A stretch of DNA of 64,000 bases from a bacterium (GTDB taxonomy: Bacteria > Fidelibacterota > Fidelibacteria > Fidelibacterales > Fidelibacteraceae), in the NCBI GenBank assembly GCA_963676395.1, contig OY781066.1:864001-928000 (forward strand), read 5' to 3'. This document shows positions 63,400 to 64,000 of the stretch, one piece after another. The first letter of the stretch is position 1. Each line of letters starts with the position of its first letter. The notes beneath the pieces were generated by a model. That model was given only the letters and a program-made list of their open reading frames with translations. It searched no databases and was not told where the DNA came from. A program made the translations under genes and the position numbers.

Positions 63400-64000
63400 C
63401 CTCCTATCACAAAAGCATAAACAACCACAACAAATAGGATGATATGCATAAGATATGTTTGTCCATTACCGTTGTAAATCCGTCTTAAGAAATCACCGAC
63501 AGCATGAAAGGACCTACCGACACCTTTCCAAAAATTCACAGCCAGCGGAGTTGATAAAATACCAAGCGCCTTACTGTAATGAGCAAAAAAGTTATAACCC
63601 ACATGCGTTAACTCGGGACGAGATGGTCGCTCTGCGGCATAAACGATATTGAATTGTTTAACCTTTTGGCTCTTACGATTCGAAATCAATAACCACACAA
63701 GCACCATCATAAAAACAACGCCTGTGATCATTAAGATCGTTAAACCATCCCAATGACCAAAAGGTGTAAACGCTACACCGTTTTGCCAATTAATGGCACC
63801 ATTCGGGAAGATTTTTACAAGGAAATCACCCACATGACCCAAGATCAATCCCGGGTATATTGAGAAAACCATAATTGCCATCATCATGATCACTTGTGGA
63901 ATAATGATAGGTAGAGGTGCTTCCTTTACATGGCGATGCTCATCTTTCAGCTGTCCCAAGAAGACCGAATATATCAACCTAAAGCAATATAGAAAAGCAA
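63396..64000 (-). CDS. C-terminus of a proton-conducting antiporter-like subunit (MbxH'/NuoL-like), truncated by window edge
   Basis: VFLGQL...VKEAP, hydrophobic helices, RRIYNGN.QTY; operon context. Confidence 0.75.
   Translation of the reverse strand, partial: AFLYCFRLIYSVFLGQLKDEHRHVKEAPLPIIIPQVIMMMAIMVFSIYPGLILGHVGDFLVKIFPNGAINWQNGVAFTPFGHWDGLTILMITGVVFMMVLVWLLISNRKSQKVKQFNIVYAAERPSRPELTHVGYNFFAHYSKALGILSTPLAVNFWKGVGRSFHAVGDFLRRIYNGNGQTYLMHIILFVVVVYAFVIGG

Overview
AT-rich bacterial chromosome segment. It probably comes from an anaerobic, non-Bacteroidota FCB-group organism such as a Marinimicrobia/Fidelibacterota-like lineage; this is inferred from the 'YPNPFNP' secretion-sorting C-terminal domains, class II RNR and MBX-type complex. 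Left flank (1-17 kb): 5' part of RNase P RNA, Zn-ribbon protein, split NrdJa/NrdJb with tandem NrdR boxes, rho, penicillin acylase, FAD oxidoreductase, photolyase, and a multi-PAS hybrid kinase interrupted by one in-frame TAG. Middle (~17-40.7 kb): an integrase-less array of cargo cassettes downstream of tRNA-Lys(CTT). At least six decayed copies of the tRNA 3' end punctuate it, with associated terminator and flank motifs. Cargo is six secreted CTD-bearing proteins showing domain-level mosaicism, two LytTR membrane regulators, ABC/PadR, MscS, CorA and trx-arsF-arsG genes. Right flank: tRNA-Arg, FMN-riboswitch rib operon, LysE, carbamate kinase, a PAPS-synthesis/sulfotransferase operon led by a 2xDUF2061-PHP fusion, PepC, and an MBX/MBS-like complex whose large subunit lacks the catalytic Cys and whose Fe-S subunit is fused to a GltD-like flavoprotein. 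All identities were counted by eye; no database searches were run.
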